NCBI GenBank assembly: GCA_006969625.1
Contig: CP030885.1
Location: 1,869,430 to 1,933,429 of the forward strand
Direction: 5' to 3'
Source: Rhodospirillaceae bacterium
GTDB taxonomy: Bacteria; Pseudomonadota; Alphaproteobacteria; Kiloniellales; DSM-21159
Length of the DNA: 64,000 nucleotides
Part shown: piece after piece, positions 49,083-59,107 of the stretch
Numbering within the stretch: the stretch's first letter is position 1
Layout: every line of letters begins with the position of its first letter
Program-made: the position numbers and the translations under genes
Notes under the pieces: model-generated
Seen by the model: only the letters and a program-made list of their open reading frames with translations
Told to the model about the DNA's origin: nothing
Databases searched by the model: none

Positions 49083-49937
49083 ATGCGCAGTGCTGGCCCC
49101 GTGCGGGCCGTCCACGCCGTGTCCACCGGCCGCGGCTGGCAGCACCGCGAGCATCGCCGCGGCAGCCGCCTGCCGCGGCTGATCTGGGCGCTCGCCTCGC
49201 GAAGCTGGATCGAAGTGCCGATCTACTTCTTCGTGGTCGAGCACCGCGAAGGCCTGGTGCTGTTCGACACCGGCCTCGACCCGGCGATCGCAAGCGACCC
49301 GCACTACGTCGCCGGCCCGATCGGCCGCTTCTTCCTGCGCCGGCTGTTCCGAATCCGCATCGCACCGGAAGACGGTTTGGCGCCGCAACTGGCCGCGCTG
49401 GGCTACGCGGCGGAGCAGGTCCGCACGGTCGTCGTCTCGCACCTGCACTTCGACCATATCGGCGGGATCGCCGCCGTGCCGCAGGCGGAACTGCTCGTCG
49501 GCGAGGCGGAGTGGGCGCAGCTTTCGGGACCGCACCCGGAGCGCGACTTCATCCTGCGCGAGCACATCGCGTTGCCGGGGGCCAGGTGGCGGCAAGTCGG
49601 CTTTGCGCCGAGCGACGATCCGCTGCTCGCCGACTTTGCCGGCACCTACGACCTGCTGGGCGATGGCACCCTGGTCCTGCTGCCGACACCCGGGCACACC
49701 CCGGGTTCGCTATCGATGCTGCTGCGCGCGCCCGGTTGGCCGCCGCTGCTGTTCGTCGCCGACCTGACCTACGAAGCCGCCTTGCTGCTGCAGGACCGCC
49801 TGCCCGGCATCGGCGACCCGGCGCGGCTGCGCGCCTCCTTCGCCCAGGTGCGTGCCCTCAAGGCGGCGCTGCCGGACCTCGTCATCCTCGCCGCGCACGA
49901 CCCGGCGGCCGGGGCGGCGCTGCGCGCGGCGACCTGA
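49083..49937 (+). CDS. MBL-fold metallo-hydrolase (N-acyl-homoserine-lactonase-like)
   Basis: Start at MRSAGPVRAV. Metal motif VVSHLHFDHIGG, later TPGHTPGS and AHD. Size and motifs resemble AiiA/AttM-type lactonases, but substrate is not inferable. Confidence 0.75.
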   Translation: MRSAGPVRAVHAVSTGRGWQHREHRRGSRLPRLIWALASRSWIEVPIYFFVVEHREGLVLFDTGLDPAIASDPHYVAGPIGRFFLRRLFRIRIAPEDGLAPQLAALGYAAEQVRTVVVSHLHFDHIGGIAAVPQAELLVGEAEWAQLSGPHPERDFILREHIALPGARWRQVGFAPSDDPLLADFAGTYDLLGDGTLVLLPTPGHTPGSLSMLLRAPGWPPLLFVADLTYEAALLLQDRLPGIGDPARLRASFAQVRALKAALPDLVILAAHDPAAGAALRAAT

Positions 49938-49940
49938 GCC

Positions 49941-50636
49941 GTGCCGGCGGCCGACATCAGGCGCGGCATCCGGCGCCGCCTCACGCAGGTGGCGCTGCTG
50001 CTCGCGGCGCAGCTCGCGATCCTGCTGGCGGCGGCGGGCGACCCGGTCTGGCTGTGGGCCTGGGTCTACCTGGCGCTCTATCTTGCCGGCGCGACGCTCA
50101 ACACGGCGGCGCTGCTGCGGCGCAATCCGGCCATGCTGGCCGAGCGCGGCCGGGCCGCCGGCATGCAGACCTGGGAGAAGCGGATCGGCGGCGCCTGGGC
50201 GCTGGCCTACTTCCTGGCGCTGCCCGCCGTCGCCGGGCTGGACGTGCGCTTCGGCTGGTCGCCGCCCGTCGCCCTGTCGGCGCACCTGGCCGGCGCACTG
50301 CCGTTCGTCGCCGGCGGCGCGCTGGTCAGTTGGGCGATGCTGGAGAACGCCTTCTTCGCCACCGTGGCACGGCTGCAGCCGGAGCGGGGGCAGACGGTGT
50401 GCGACAGCGGGCCCTACCGCTGGGTGCGCCACCCGGGCTATCTCGGCGCCGTCCTGCAGGGGCTGTCGGCGCCGCTGCTGCTCGGCTCGCTCTGGGCGCT
50501 GGTGCCCGCCGTCGCTGCCGCCGCGCTGATGACCCTGCGCACCGCCTTCGAGGACCGCATGCTGCGGCACGGACTGGCGGGCTATCCGGCCTACGCCGCG
50601 CGGGTGCGATGGCTGCTGCTGCCGGGGGTTTGGTGA
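49941..50636 (+). CDS. isoprenylcysteine carboxyl methyltransferase (ICMT/PEMT) family membrane protein
   Basis: 231 aa with a GTG start and several TM helices. C-terminal GPYRWVRHPGYLGAVL ... EDRMLR is the family motif. Confidence 0.7.
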   Translation: MPAADIRRGIRRRLTQVALLLAAQLAILLAAAGDPVWLWAWVYLALYLAGATLNTAALLRRNPAMLAERGRAAGMQTWEKRIGGAWALAYFLALPAVAGLDVRFGWSPPVALSAHLAGALPFVAGGALVSWAMLENAFFATVARLQPERGQTVCDSGPYRWVRHPGYLGAVLQGLSAPLLLGSLWALVPAVAAAALMTLRTAFEDRMLRHGLAGYPAYAARVRWLLLPGVW

Positions 50637-50703
50637 TGTGGAGGACGCGTGCTTGCCGGTGGCACTGCTGGACCGGCCGCGTTCTTGGGCTAACTCTCGC
50701 GGC

Positions 50704-50844
50704 ATGAGCCTGGGCGAGATCCTCGTGGCCGGCAAGGCGCTGATCTGGTTCGCGATCCCCCTGGCGCTGGGGGCCTGGGAACTGCGCTGCCTGGCGCGTG
50801 ACCGGGCAGAGCGGGACGCACGCCGGCACGACGGCGGCCGATAG
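50704..50844 (+). CDS. hypothetical small membrane protein (46 aa)
   Basis: MSLGEILVAGKALIWFAIPLALGAWELRCLARDR... has one TM helix and G/C-rich third positions. No SD and no family assignment. Confidence 0.25.
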   Translation: MSLGEILVAGKALIWFAIPLALGAWELRCLARDRAERDARRHDGGR

Positions 50845-51000
50845 GGCGGCGGCGGCGGGCCGCCGCCGGGATGGCAACGGACTTTTCATCGCTTCGGCAT
50901 CGGCTGGCGGCTGTCTGTCGCGCGCCTTTGGCTCATACTGGGGCGCGAATCCCAAGCCGGGCGATCCCTGCTTGGCCCACCGCATCGAAGGGGAGAAACC

Positions 51001-51780
51001 ATGATCCGCACCTTGAGCCTGCTGCCTGCCGCCGCGCTGCTGGCGGCCGCCCTGGGCGCCGTGACCGCCGCCACGCCGGCTGCCGCACAGATCGTCGGCG
51101 AGAGCGTCGCCTACGAGATCGACGGCGAGCGCTTCGAGGGCTACGTCGCGCGCAACGCCGCGCTCGCTGGCGCACAGCCGGTGGTGGTGCTCGTCCACGA
51201 CTGGGACGGCCTGGGCACCTACGAACGGCGCCGCGCCGAGATGCTGGCCGAACTCGGTTACGCCGCCGTCGCCATCGATCTCTACGGCGAGGGCGTGCGC
51301 CCCACCGACGTCGAGGACAAGCGCGCCCACTCCGGCGCCCTCTACCAGGACCGCACCCGCATGCGCCGGCTGATGACCGGCGGCGTCGCCGCGCTGGTCG
51401 GCGAGGGCATGGACGGCGAGCGGATGGTCGCCATGGGCTACTGCTTCGGCGGTGCGGCGGTCCTGGAGCTGGCGCGCAGCGGCGCCGAAGCGGAGGGCTT
51501 CGTCGCCTTCCACGGCGGCCTGGGCACGCCGGGGGACCAGGACTATAGCGCGGTGACGGCGCCAATCCTGATCCTGCACGGCACCGCCGATCCGGTCGCG
51601 CCGATGAGCCAGGTGGCCGAGCTGGCCGGCCTGATGGACGCGGCGGGCGCCGCCTACACCATGGAGCTCTACGGTGGCGTCGATCACGCCTTCACGGTTT
51701 GGGGCGGCGAACGCTACCATGGCGGTGCCGACCTCGCCTCCTGGGACGCCTTTACGGCCTTCCTCGAGGCCCGCTTCTAG
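51001..51780 (+). CDS. dienelactone hydrolase family protein (secreted)
   Basis: 259 aa. Signal peptide after AGGGGAG. GYCFGG nucleophile elbow and a DLH-like layout (ILHGTADP, DHAF). Confidence 0.8.
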   Translation: MIRTLSLLPAAALLAAALGAVTAATPAAAQIVGESVAYEIDGERFEGYVARNAALAGAQPVVVLVHDWDGLGTYERRRAEMLAELGYAAVAIDLYGEGVRPTDVEDKRAHSGALYQDRTRMRRLMTGGVAALVGEGMDGERMVAMGYCFGGAAVLELARSGAEAEGFVAFHGGLGTPGDQDYSAVTAPILILHGTADPVAPMSQVAELAGLMDAAGAAYTMELYGGVDHAFTVWGGERYHGGADLASWDAFTAFLEARF

Positions 51781-52307
51781 GCGCCGAGACAGGGCGGTTA
51801 AGCCGCTGGAGCGTGGAAGAAAATCAAACGGCTGTCGGGTTTGTCCCGCAGCACTCCATCGGCCTGTCCCGAGCCGCCTTAAGTATGGCCGCCACGCCCC
51901 GCGTGTCGCGGCAAGCACGCGTCGCCGCGCCGCGCCGCAGACTGTGCCCTTGCCTTCTCCGCAGCTCTCGTACTAGGCTGGATATTGCTTGAAGCCGGCT
52001 GCGATCAGTCGGCTTTCGTTTTGCCTTTGCAGCGTCCGAGAGTCGCCTGTTCCAAACGTTCAGACTTGTCTTTCCGGAGCGCGACACAAAGGTTGCAGAT
52101 GGCGCCTGAGAAACCAGCCCGACCGCGGGCATCTGGGGCGCGCTGTGTGAACCGCCCGCGAGGCTGCGGCTCGGTCGGTTTCCGGTGGAGCAGGTGCCGG
52201 GGCGGTAAGGTCCTTTTGGCGGCGACTGCACTCATCGTCCGCGCGACCCGATCGCGCCACGACCTGCGTCCCAGCGGGCCGAAATCAACCACAGGGAGTT
52301 CCGAACA

Positions 52308-53270
52308 ATGAGGAAATCCATCATCGGATTGGCCTTCGGCCTGGCTGCGGTGCCCGCCACCGCCCAGGCCGAGTGCGGCGAGGTCTCGATCACCGAGATG
52401 AACTGGGCCTCGGCCCAGGTGGTCACCACCGTCGCTGCCTTCATCATGGATCAGGGCTACGGCTGCGAGGTCGCCAAGGTGCCCTCCGATACCGTGCCGG
52501 CCGTGACTTCGGTCGCGGAGAACGGCGAGCCCGACATCGTCACCGAGCTGTGGCTGAACTCGACGGGGGAGGCCTACGCCCGGCTGGAGGAGCAGGGCAA
52601 GGTCGAGCGCGTCGCCAAGGTGCTTGAGCCCGGCGGGGTCGAGGGCTGGTGGATCCCCACCTATCTCGCCGAAGAGCATCCGGAGTTGAAGACCCTCGAG
52701 GGCATCCTGGCGAACCCCGAGCTGGTCGGCGGGCGCTTCAACAACTGCCCGAGCGGCTGGGGCTGCCGAATCGTCAACGACAACATGATCAAGGCGCTCG
52801 ACCTGGAGTCGCATGGCATCGAGGTCTTCGACCACGGCTCCGGCGAAACGTTGGCCACCTCGATGGCCGCGGCCTACCAGGACGGCGAGCCCTGGTTCGG
52901 CTACTACTGGGGCCCGACGGTGCCGCTCGGCAAGTTCGACATGACCAAGGTCGACCTCGGCCCGGTCAAGCCGGAGGTACACGCGCGCAACCAGAACCCG
53001 GACACTGAGGACCCCGGTGTCTCGGACTTCCCGGCCGCACCCGTGCTGACCAGCGTGACGGCGGATTTCAAGGAGCGCGAGCCGGAGATCGCCGAGCTGA
53101 TGAGCAAGGTGGCCTTCCCGACCGACACCATGAGCGCGGTGCTCGCCTGGAAGGACGAGAACAACGCGTCGGCGGAAGAGGCGGCCGTCTACTTCCTGAC
53201 GACCTACACCGATCTGTGGCGCGACTGGCTCAGCGACGAAGCGCGCGAGCGTCTGGCCAAGGTCCTGTAG
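52308..53270 (+). CDS. glycine betaine-type ABC transporter substrate-binding protein
   Basis: 320 aa with a signal peptide. ECGEVSITEMNWASAQVV ... ELWLNS ... CPSGWGC are typical of the OpuAC/ProX-like family. Confidence 0.8.
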   Translation: MRKSIIGLAFGLAAVPATAQAECGEVSITEMNWASAQVVTTVAAFIMDQGYGCEVAKVPSDTVPAVTSVAENGEPDIVTELWLNSTGEAYARLEEQGKVERVAKVLEPGGVEGWWIPTYLAEEHPELKTLEGILANPELVGGRFNNCPSGWGCRIVNDNMIKALDLESHGIEVFDHGSGETLATSMAAAYQDGEPWFGYYWGPTVPLGKFDMTKVDLGPVKPEVHARNQNPDTEDPGVSDFPAAPVLTSVTADFKEREPEIAELMSKVAFPTDTMSAVLAWKDENNASAEEAAVYFLTTYTDLWRDWLSDEARERLAKVL

Positions 53271-53452
53271 GGCGATCGGGCGACCGCGTGCCGGAAGCGA
53301 CGGGGCGGCCGCGCCGCCCCGTCGTCGCGTTTTCCGCAGCGGTCCACGCGTCCTGGCAGCGCGCTCCGACACGGCTTCGGGGCCGCTGCTTTCGCGCATG
53401 ACCGGAACATGCAGGGGCATGCGGTTCAAGGGGGGCGAAAGAGCGAAACGTC

Positions 53453-54496
53453 ATGGCCAGCTACGACTTCGTGTTCGACGCGCTGGGATTGCGCGACTGG
53501 TGCGACAAGGACGCCGCGGAGGGCGGCGGCCCGATGACCATGGACCAGCTTCTCGGCCAGGCGGCCGGTGGCGACGGTTCAGCACAGACATCGATCTGGG
53601 ACCTGCCGTTCCCCTCGCTCGATGCCTTGCACGATGCCTGTAACGCGATGCCGCAGACGCGCAACGTCACCAAAGGGCTGGAAGAGGCGTTCCTTGGGGT
53701 CAAGGACAGCCTCAAGTTCATTCTCGACCCGCTGACCCAGCCGCTGAGCTGGATGCTCGAGGGCGCGCTCTACGGCATTCTGAATACCCCCTGGTACTTC
53801 GTCGTGCCGCTGCTGCTGGTCGTCGTCTGGGCGGTCAGCCGTTCGAGCAAGCTGGTCGCCTTCGTGGCCGCCTGCATCCTCGGCATGGCCTTTATCGACC
53901 ACTACGACTACGCCATGCAGACGCTGTCGATCATCTTCGTCTGCGCCTTCCTGTGCGTGCTGTTCGGGGTGCCGATCGGCATCGCCATGTCGCGCAGCGA
54001 CGGCATGCAGCGCGGCACCATCCCGATCCTCGACATGCTGCAGACGCTGCCGCCCTTCGTCTATCTGATCCCGTTGATCTTCCTGTTCAGCGTGACCGAG
54101 CCGAAGCTCTACGGCATCGCCATCATCCTCTACGCCATCGTGCCGGTGATCCGTCTGACCGACCTGGGAATCCGGCTTGTCGACAAGGACGTCATCGAGG
54201 CGGCCGACGCCTTCGGCATGACCGAACGCCAAAAGCTGTTCGGCGTGCAGGTTCCGCTCGCCCTGCCGACGATCATGGCCGGGGTCAACCAAACCATCAT
54301 GATGTCGCTGGCGATGGTTGTGATCGCCTCGCTGGTCTCGGCCCCCGGCCTGGGCGTCCTGGTGCTGCGCGGCATCCGCAACTTGGAGCTGGGCGTCGGA
54401 TTGGTCGCCGGCTTGGGCATCGTGCTGCTGGCGGTTATCCTCGACCGCGTGACCAAGGCGTCGCTGGCGCGGATCAACCCCGAACAGTCCGACTGA
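53453..54496 (+). CDS. glycine betaine/proline-type ABC transporter permease
   Basis: 347 aa. ProW-like core (LQTLPPFVYLIP, EAADAFGMTERQKLFGVQVP) with an N-terminal extension of about 100 aa. Confidence 0.8.
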   Translation: MASYDFVFDALGLRDWCDKDAAEGGGPMTMDQLLGQAAGGDGSAQTSIWDLPFPSLDALHDACNAMPQTRNVTKGLEEAFLGVKDSLKFILDPLTQPLSWMLEGALYGILNTPWYFVVPLLLVVVWAVSRSSKLVAFVAACILGMAFIDHYDYAMQTLSIIFVCAFLCVLFGVPIGIAMSRSDGMQRGTIPILDMLQTLPPFVYLIPLIFLFSVTEPKLYGIAIILYAIVPVIRLTDLGIRLVDKDVIEAADAFGMTERQKLFGVQVPLALPTIMAGVNQTIMMSLAMVVIASLVSAPGLGVLVLRGIRNLELGVGLVAGLGIVLLAVILDRVTKASLARINPEQSD

Positions 54497-54509
54497 GGAG
54501 GACCGCGCG

Positions 54510-55568
54510 ATGGGCGAAGACATCAAGGTCTCGATCCGCCACCTCTACAAGATCTTCGGCTCCGACCCGCTGGCGGCGCTGCAGGACGTCAAGGCCGGCA
54601 TGGGCAAGCCCGAACTGCTGGAAAAGCGCAACCATGTGCTCGGCTTGAGGGACATCAACGTCGACATGCGGGCGGGCGAGATCACCGTGATCATGGGCCT
54701 GTCCGGGTCCGGCAAGTCGACCCTGATCCGCCATCTCAACCGCCTGATCGAGCCGACCGCCGGCGAGATCGAGGTCGATGGCGAGGACGTGCTGGCCTAC
54801 AACGACGAGCAACTGCGTAAGTTGCGGCGCGAGCGCATGTCGATGGTCTTCCAGAAGTTCGCCCTGCTGCCGCACCGTACAGTGCTGGAGAACGCCGGCC
54901 TGGCGCTGGCCACGCGCGGCTACGGCCGCGAGGAGTTCGAGTCGGAGGCCAACCGCTGGCTCGACCGCGTTGGCCTGGGCGGCTACGGCAACCACCGCCC
55001 CAACCAGCTCTCGGGCGGCATGCAGCAGCGGGTCGGCATCGCCCGAGCGCTGACGTCGAACTCCGAGATCATGCTGATGGACGAAGCCTTCTCGGCGCTC
55101 GACCCGCTGATCCGCACCGACATGCAGGATCTGCTGATCGAACTGCAGAAGGAACTGCACAAGACCATCGTCTTCATCACTCACGATCTCGACGAGGCGC
55201 TGAAGCTCGCCGACCACCTGGTGATTCTGAACGAAGGCGAGGTGATCCAGCAGGACGAACCGCAGCAGATCCTGCTGCACCCGAGCGACCCCTACATCGA
55301 GGACTTCATCAGCGACATCAACCGCGCCCGCGTGCTGCGGGTGCGCTCCGTCATGGAGCCCAATCCCAACGCCGAGGGTGCTTCGGGCGACGTCGAAGCG
55401 GACGACAACCTGGAGAGCGTGATCGCCAAGGCCCAAGGCGACACCAACGCCAGCTTCCGCGTCATGCGCGACGGCAAGCCGGTCGGCGTACTGAACATGA
55501 AGAGCCTGGTGCGCGCGCTGGTGCCGACCAAGGCCTCGGAGAACGGGCTGCGCTCGACCGCCGCCTGA
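54510..55568 (+). CDS. glycine betaine/proline-type ABC transporter ATP-binding protein (ProV-like, CBS tail)
   Basis: 352 aa. GLSGSGKST, LSGGMQQRVGIARA, MLMDEA, and a C-terminal CBS-like region. Confidence 0.85.
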   Translation: MGEDIKVSIRHLYKIFGSDPLAALQDVKAGMGKPELLEKRNHVLGLRDINVDMRAGEITVIMGLSGSGKSTLIRHLNRLIEPTAGEIEVDGEDVLAYNDEQLRKLRRERMSMVFQKFALLPHRTVLENAGLALATRGYGREEFESEANRWLDRVGLGGYGNHRPNQLSGGMQQRVGIARALTSNSEIMLMDEAFSALDPLIRTDMQDLLIELQKELHKTIVFITHDLDEALKLADHLVILNEGEVIQQDEPQQILLHPSDPYIEDFISDINRARVLRVRSVMEPNPNAEGASGDVEADDNLESVIAKAQGDTNASFRVMRDGKPVGVLNMKSLVRALVPTKASENGLRSTAA

Positions 55569-55595
55569 GCGGTTTGGGGCGCGCGCTGCCCTCTG

Positions 55596-56261
55596 TCAGT
55601 CGGCGTCGACCAAGCCGGCGCCGGCGCCGGTGGCGCGCGAGGTCTCGCTCGCCGGCACAAGACTAAGATGCACCAGCGTCTGTACGCGGGTCCATACGCC
55701 CTGGTCCACCGACACGCCTTCGTCCAGGACCGGTAGGAGCGCCCGCCGTCTGCCCTGCTCGCGGGGGCTGGCGCAAGCGGCCTGGATGAAAGGTAATGGT
55801 GCCTCCAGGTCGGCCCAGGCGCCGGCGACCAGGTAGGCTGCGCCGTTGCGGCAGAGCGCCGTGCCGTCGTCCCAGCGCAACAGCAGGCCCGGCCCCTTCG
55901 CTGCGCTGTAGACGCCGAAGGCGGCCAGCAGCAGCAACGGCTGCACGACCGGTTCGAAGCTCAGAGGGCCGAGCCCGGCACGCAGCAGGTCGGCGGCGCT
56001 CGGCCCCGAGTGCCAAGCCGCCGGCGGCTTCGCTCCGTCTCCGGCGAGATGCGGCGTCGGCGCGGCGGTCAGACGGCCGAGCCCGGTCTCGCCGGCGGAC
56101 CAAGCCTCCAGCTCGGCCAGGACGACCGGTACGCCGTCAAAGCCCTGCGTGCACAGCCAGGCGGCGGAGGCACCCAGATCCTCGGCATAGCCTTGCGGCA
56201 CCCCACAGCCGAGGGCGGCGCGCCGCAGGTAGGTCTCGACCTCGTTGAGCGACAGCCTCAT
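55596..56261 (-). CDS. DUF3726-like hypothetical protein
   Basis: Start at MRLSLNEVETYLRRAALGCGVPQGYAEDLGASAAWLCTQGFDG (ATG complement 56259-56261), overlapping the upstream stop by 4 nt. The family call is from memory of this N-terminal pattern and is tentative. Confidence 0.55.
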   Translation of the reverse strand: MRLSLNEVETYLRRAALGCGVPQGYAEDLGASAAWLCTQGFDGVPVVLAELEAWSAGETGLGRLTAAPTPHLAGDGAKPPAAWHSGPSAADLLRAGLGPLSFEPVVQPLLLLAAFGVYSAAKGPGLLLRWDDGTALCRNGAAYLVAGAWADLEAPLPFIQAACASPREQGRRRALLPVLDEGVSVDQGVWTRVQTLVHLSLVPASETSRATGAGAGLVDAD

Positions 56262-57982
56262 GCGGCGGTGGCGTCGTCCGGCGCCAGCACGGGCAGGCAC
56301 CAGGTGTCGGCCTCGGGTGCGCCCAGTTCCTCGGGCAGGGGGGCGCCCTGGTACATGGCGATCCGGGTCCAGCGGTCCGACTTCGGGTCGAACTTGGCGG
56401 CGCCGAAGAACGACAGCTTGCACCGCAGCAGGTCGATCGGCCGCATCGAGGCGGCGATCAGATTGTCGCGGATCTCGCCGTAGGGGTGCTGGGCGATCAC
56501 CTGGGCGCGGCGGACCAAGTGGCGGAACTGTGGGTGGCGCAGCAGGAAGACCGCCAGCGGTTCCTGCGCGTCGCCCGTCTCCAGCGCGGCGGCCAGCGCC
56601 CGGATGTCGCGGGCGACGGCAATCGACATCTCCAGCTCGCTGCCGGCTTCGGCGGAGCGGTCGCCCAGGCGCGGCTCGAGCTTCTCGGCCGAGACGTACC
56701 AGAAGACGCGGCTGGCTTCGGGGTCGGCGAAGTCGATCGCCAGCGCCCAGTCGTAGTGCGTCTGCAGCAGCCGACGCAGCGCGCCCACCGACATCGCCGG
56801 GTCGAGCTGGCCGCCCTCGCTCGCGGTCATGCAGCAGGCCAACCCGTCCACCAGCTCGCCGTGCGGCTCCAGCATCAGGGCGAACAGCAGTTCTTGGGCT
56901 TCCGGTCCCAGCTCCGCCTCCGCCCAGCCGAACAGGCGGTCCCACGGGCGGAGTTCGTCCCAGAGCCGGGCTTCGGGCCGGCCCTGCACGGCCAGGCGGT
57001 CGAGATCCCGGCTGAGACGGGCGTTGGCCTCGGTCTGCTGCCGGTCTTCGACGTGCCACTCGGCGATATGGGCCCGCGCGCGCTCCAGCAGGTGGCCGAA
57101 GGCGGCAATGTCCTCGGGTGCGGCCGTCGGCAGGCTGCGCACCCGCGCCAGCGCCGTTTCGCGCGCCAGAATCCAGTTGTTGATCAGCACCGGGTGGTTG
57201 ACCAGAAACGGGGCCATGCCCAGTCCGGTCGAGTTGCCGACGCCCAGGTAGCGCTTCAGATGGGGATGCAGCGCGACGGCGGTGATCGGCGCGCGGCAGC
57301 GCGCCACGTGCTCGGCCAGGGCCGTGGTGAAGCAGCGAATCAGGTAGACGGCGAGCATCTCCGCCTGGAAGGCGCCGGTGAACTCCGGCCTATCGGCGAT
57401 TCGCCCGCGGTCGGCGATGCCGAACTTGCCGTTGCCGTAGACCGCCGTGGTGCGCATCAGGTAGCCGACGGCGCGGAGCATGTCCCGATCCGGCTGCTGC
57501 CCCGCGGTGAGACGTTGGACCACGTGCTCGAACATCCGCACCGACTTGTTGGCCCGGCTCAGAACCAGGTCGCGCGGGCTGAAGCGCCCGGCCTCCTGGC
57601 GCGGCGCGTTGGCGGCGAGACGGTCGATCTCGCCCGGGTCCGGCACGCCGTCGTAGAGCACGAAGGTAGCGTCCCAGGCCTCGGCGATGACCCGGTCGCT
57701 GCGCGCCTCGGCGGCGAGCGGCTGGGAAAACGCGACCAGACTGTAGGTGCGTTCTTCGACCCGCATCGAGAGCACGGCGGTGCCGTAGCCTTCCTCGTCC
57801 AGCTCCCAGCGGTCGTAGCGCAGGCGCGCGCCGCAGCGGCCGAGCCGACGTAGCAGCGTCGGCATGAAGCTGAGGCGGGTGGCGAAGAAACAGCCGAGGC
57901 GGGCCAGCCGCATCACCTGCGCCGGCGGCCGCAGTGGCACCTCGGGCTCGCCGGTCGCGCGGAGCTGCGGGTCAGCCGGCAT
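56258..57982 (-). CDS. conserved hypothetical protein (about 550-574 aa), function unknown
   Basis: Long ORF with good composition, translationally coupled on both sides (to the dipeptidase upstream and the DUF3726 gene downstream). An alternative start is MRLARLGCFF at 57913. I see no recognisable motif. Confidence 0.6.
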   Translation of the reverse strand: MPADPQLRATGEPEVPLRPPAQVMRLARLGCFFATRLSFMPTLLRRLGRCGARLRYDRWELDEEGYGTAVLSMRVEERTYSLVAFSQPLAAEARSDRVIAEAWDATFVLYDGVPDPGEIDRLAANAPRQEAGRFSPRDLVLSRANKSVRMFEHVVQRLTAGQQPDRDMLRAVGYLMRTTAVYGNGKFGIADRGRIADRPEFTGAFQAEMLAVYLIRCFTTALAEHVARCRAPITAVALHPHLKRYLGVGNSTGLGMAPFLVNHPVLINNWILARETALARVRSLPTAAPEDIAAFGHLLERARAHIAEWHVEDRQQTEANARLSRDLDRLAVQGRPEARLWDELRPWDRLFGWAEAELGPEAQELLFALMLEPHGELVDGLACCMTASEGGQLDPAMSVGALRRLLQTHYDWALAIDFADPEASRVFWYVSAEKLEPRLGDRSAEAGSELEMSIAVARDIRALAAALETGDAQEPLAVFLLRHPQFRHLVRRAQVIAQHPYGEIRDNLIAASMRPIDLLRCKLSFFGAAKFDPKSDRWTRIAMYQGAPLPEELGAPEADTWCLPVLAPDDATAA

Positions 57983-59000
57983 GATGCGCCGGCTCGCGCG
58001 CCGCCACTGCCGGCGCCCGGCCGAAGGAACGGTCGAAGAAGGTCAGCCAGTTGCCGCCCATGATGCGCGCCACCTCGGCGGTGTCGAAGCCGACGGCGCG
58101 CAGGCCCGCGCCGATGCGCGCGAAGTCGCGATTGTCGCGGAACCAGGCGGGCTGCCGCGGAAAGCCGGCCTGCGCAGCCGAGCCCTCGCCGTAGTCGGTC
58201 TGCTTCGACCAGCGCCCGTTGCGCATCCAGGCGACCACGCTGTCGGGCTGGTCCTGGCACAGGTCGCTGCCCAGGCCGATGTGCGCGACGCCCATCAGGT
58301 CGGCGGTGCGCGCCACCATCTCGCAGAAGGACTCCAGCGTGCAGTCGGACTTGTGCTTGAGGTGGTGGGGATAGAGCGAAAAGCCCAGCATGCCGCCGCC
58401 CTCGGCCAGCGCCTTCAGAACCGTGTCGGACTTGTTGCGCAGGGCCGGGTGCCAGAAGGCGGGATTGGCGTGGGTGATCGCGATCGGCCGACTGCTCAGC
58501 TCGATCGCCTCGAGGGTCGAGCGCTCGGCGGAATGGCTCATGTCGAGGACCAAGCCGACGCGGTTCATCTCGGCGATCACTTGGCGGCCCATGCGGGTGA
58601 TGCCGGGATCTTCCGCCTCGTAGCAGCCGGTCGCCAGCAGCGACTGGTTGTTGTAGCTGAGCTGCATGAAGCGCAGGCCGAGAGTGTGCAGGATCTCGAC
58701 GAGCCCAATGTCGTCTTCCATCGGCGCGCAATTTTGGGCACCGAAGAAGATCGCCGTGCGTCCCTCGCGATCGGCCTGGCGCACGTCGTCGCCCGTGCGG
58801 CCCGGGAAGATCAGATCCGGGTAGGCCTCGAAGCGCCGGTTCCAGGCGGCGATGTTGGCCACGGTTTCGCGGAAGGTTTCGTGATAGCAGATCGTCACGT
58901 GAACGGCGGCGACGCCGCCTGCACGCATCTGTCGAAAGATTTCCTCCGACCAGGCACTGTACTGCAGAGCATCGATTAGAGGCGCTGAGGACATCGACAC
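57972..59000 (-). CDS. membrane (renal-type) dipeptidase family protein, peptidase M19
   Basis: 342 aa. LGLRFMQLSYNNQS, VLDMSHS and ITHANP are M19 metal-ligand motifs. Confidence 0.8.
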   Translation of the reverse strand: MSMSSAPLIDALQYSAWSEEIFRQMRAGGVAAVHVTICYHETFRETVANIAAWNRRFEAYPDLIFPGRTGDDVRQADREGRTAIFFGAQNCAPMEDDIGLVEILHTLGLRFMQLSYNNQSLLATGCYEAEDPGITRMGRQVIAEMNRVGLVLDMSHSAERSTLEAIELSSRPIAITHANPAFWHPALRNKSDTVLKALAEGGGMLGFSLYPHHLKHKSDCTLESFCEMVARTADLMGVAHIGLGSDLCQDQPDSVVAWMRNGRWSKQTDYGEGSAAQAGFPRQPAWFRDNRDFARIGAGLRAVGFDTAEVARIMGGNWLTFFDRSFGRAPAVAAREPAHHAG

Positions 59001-59107
59001 CTATCCGATCGAGACCGAACTACGCTGGCGCAGGCTTGCGTTTCAGGCAAACCGAATCTTCTGGGTTACAGTTAAGCCGATCTGAACCTGGGGGCATGGA
59101 GCGGGGG

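Noticed and set aside
52040-52300. A glycine or other known riboswitch in the long leader of the second betaine-type transporter operon.
   Set aside because: I could not find the conserved glycine-riboswitch cores (GGAGAG ... ACCGAAGGGGCAA-like) or any other class signature by eye. Only the terminator-like hairpin is reported.
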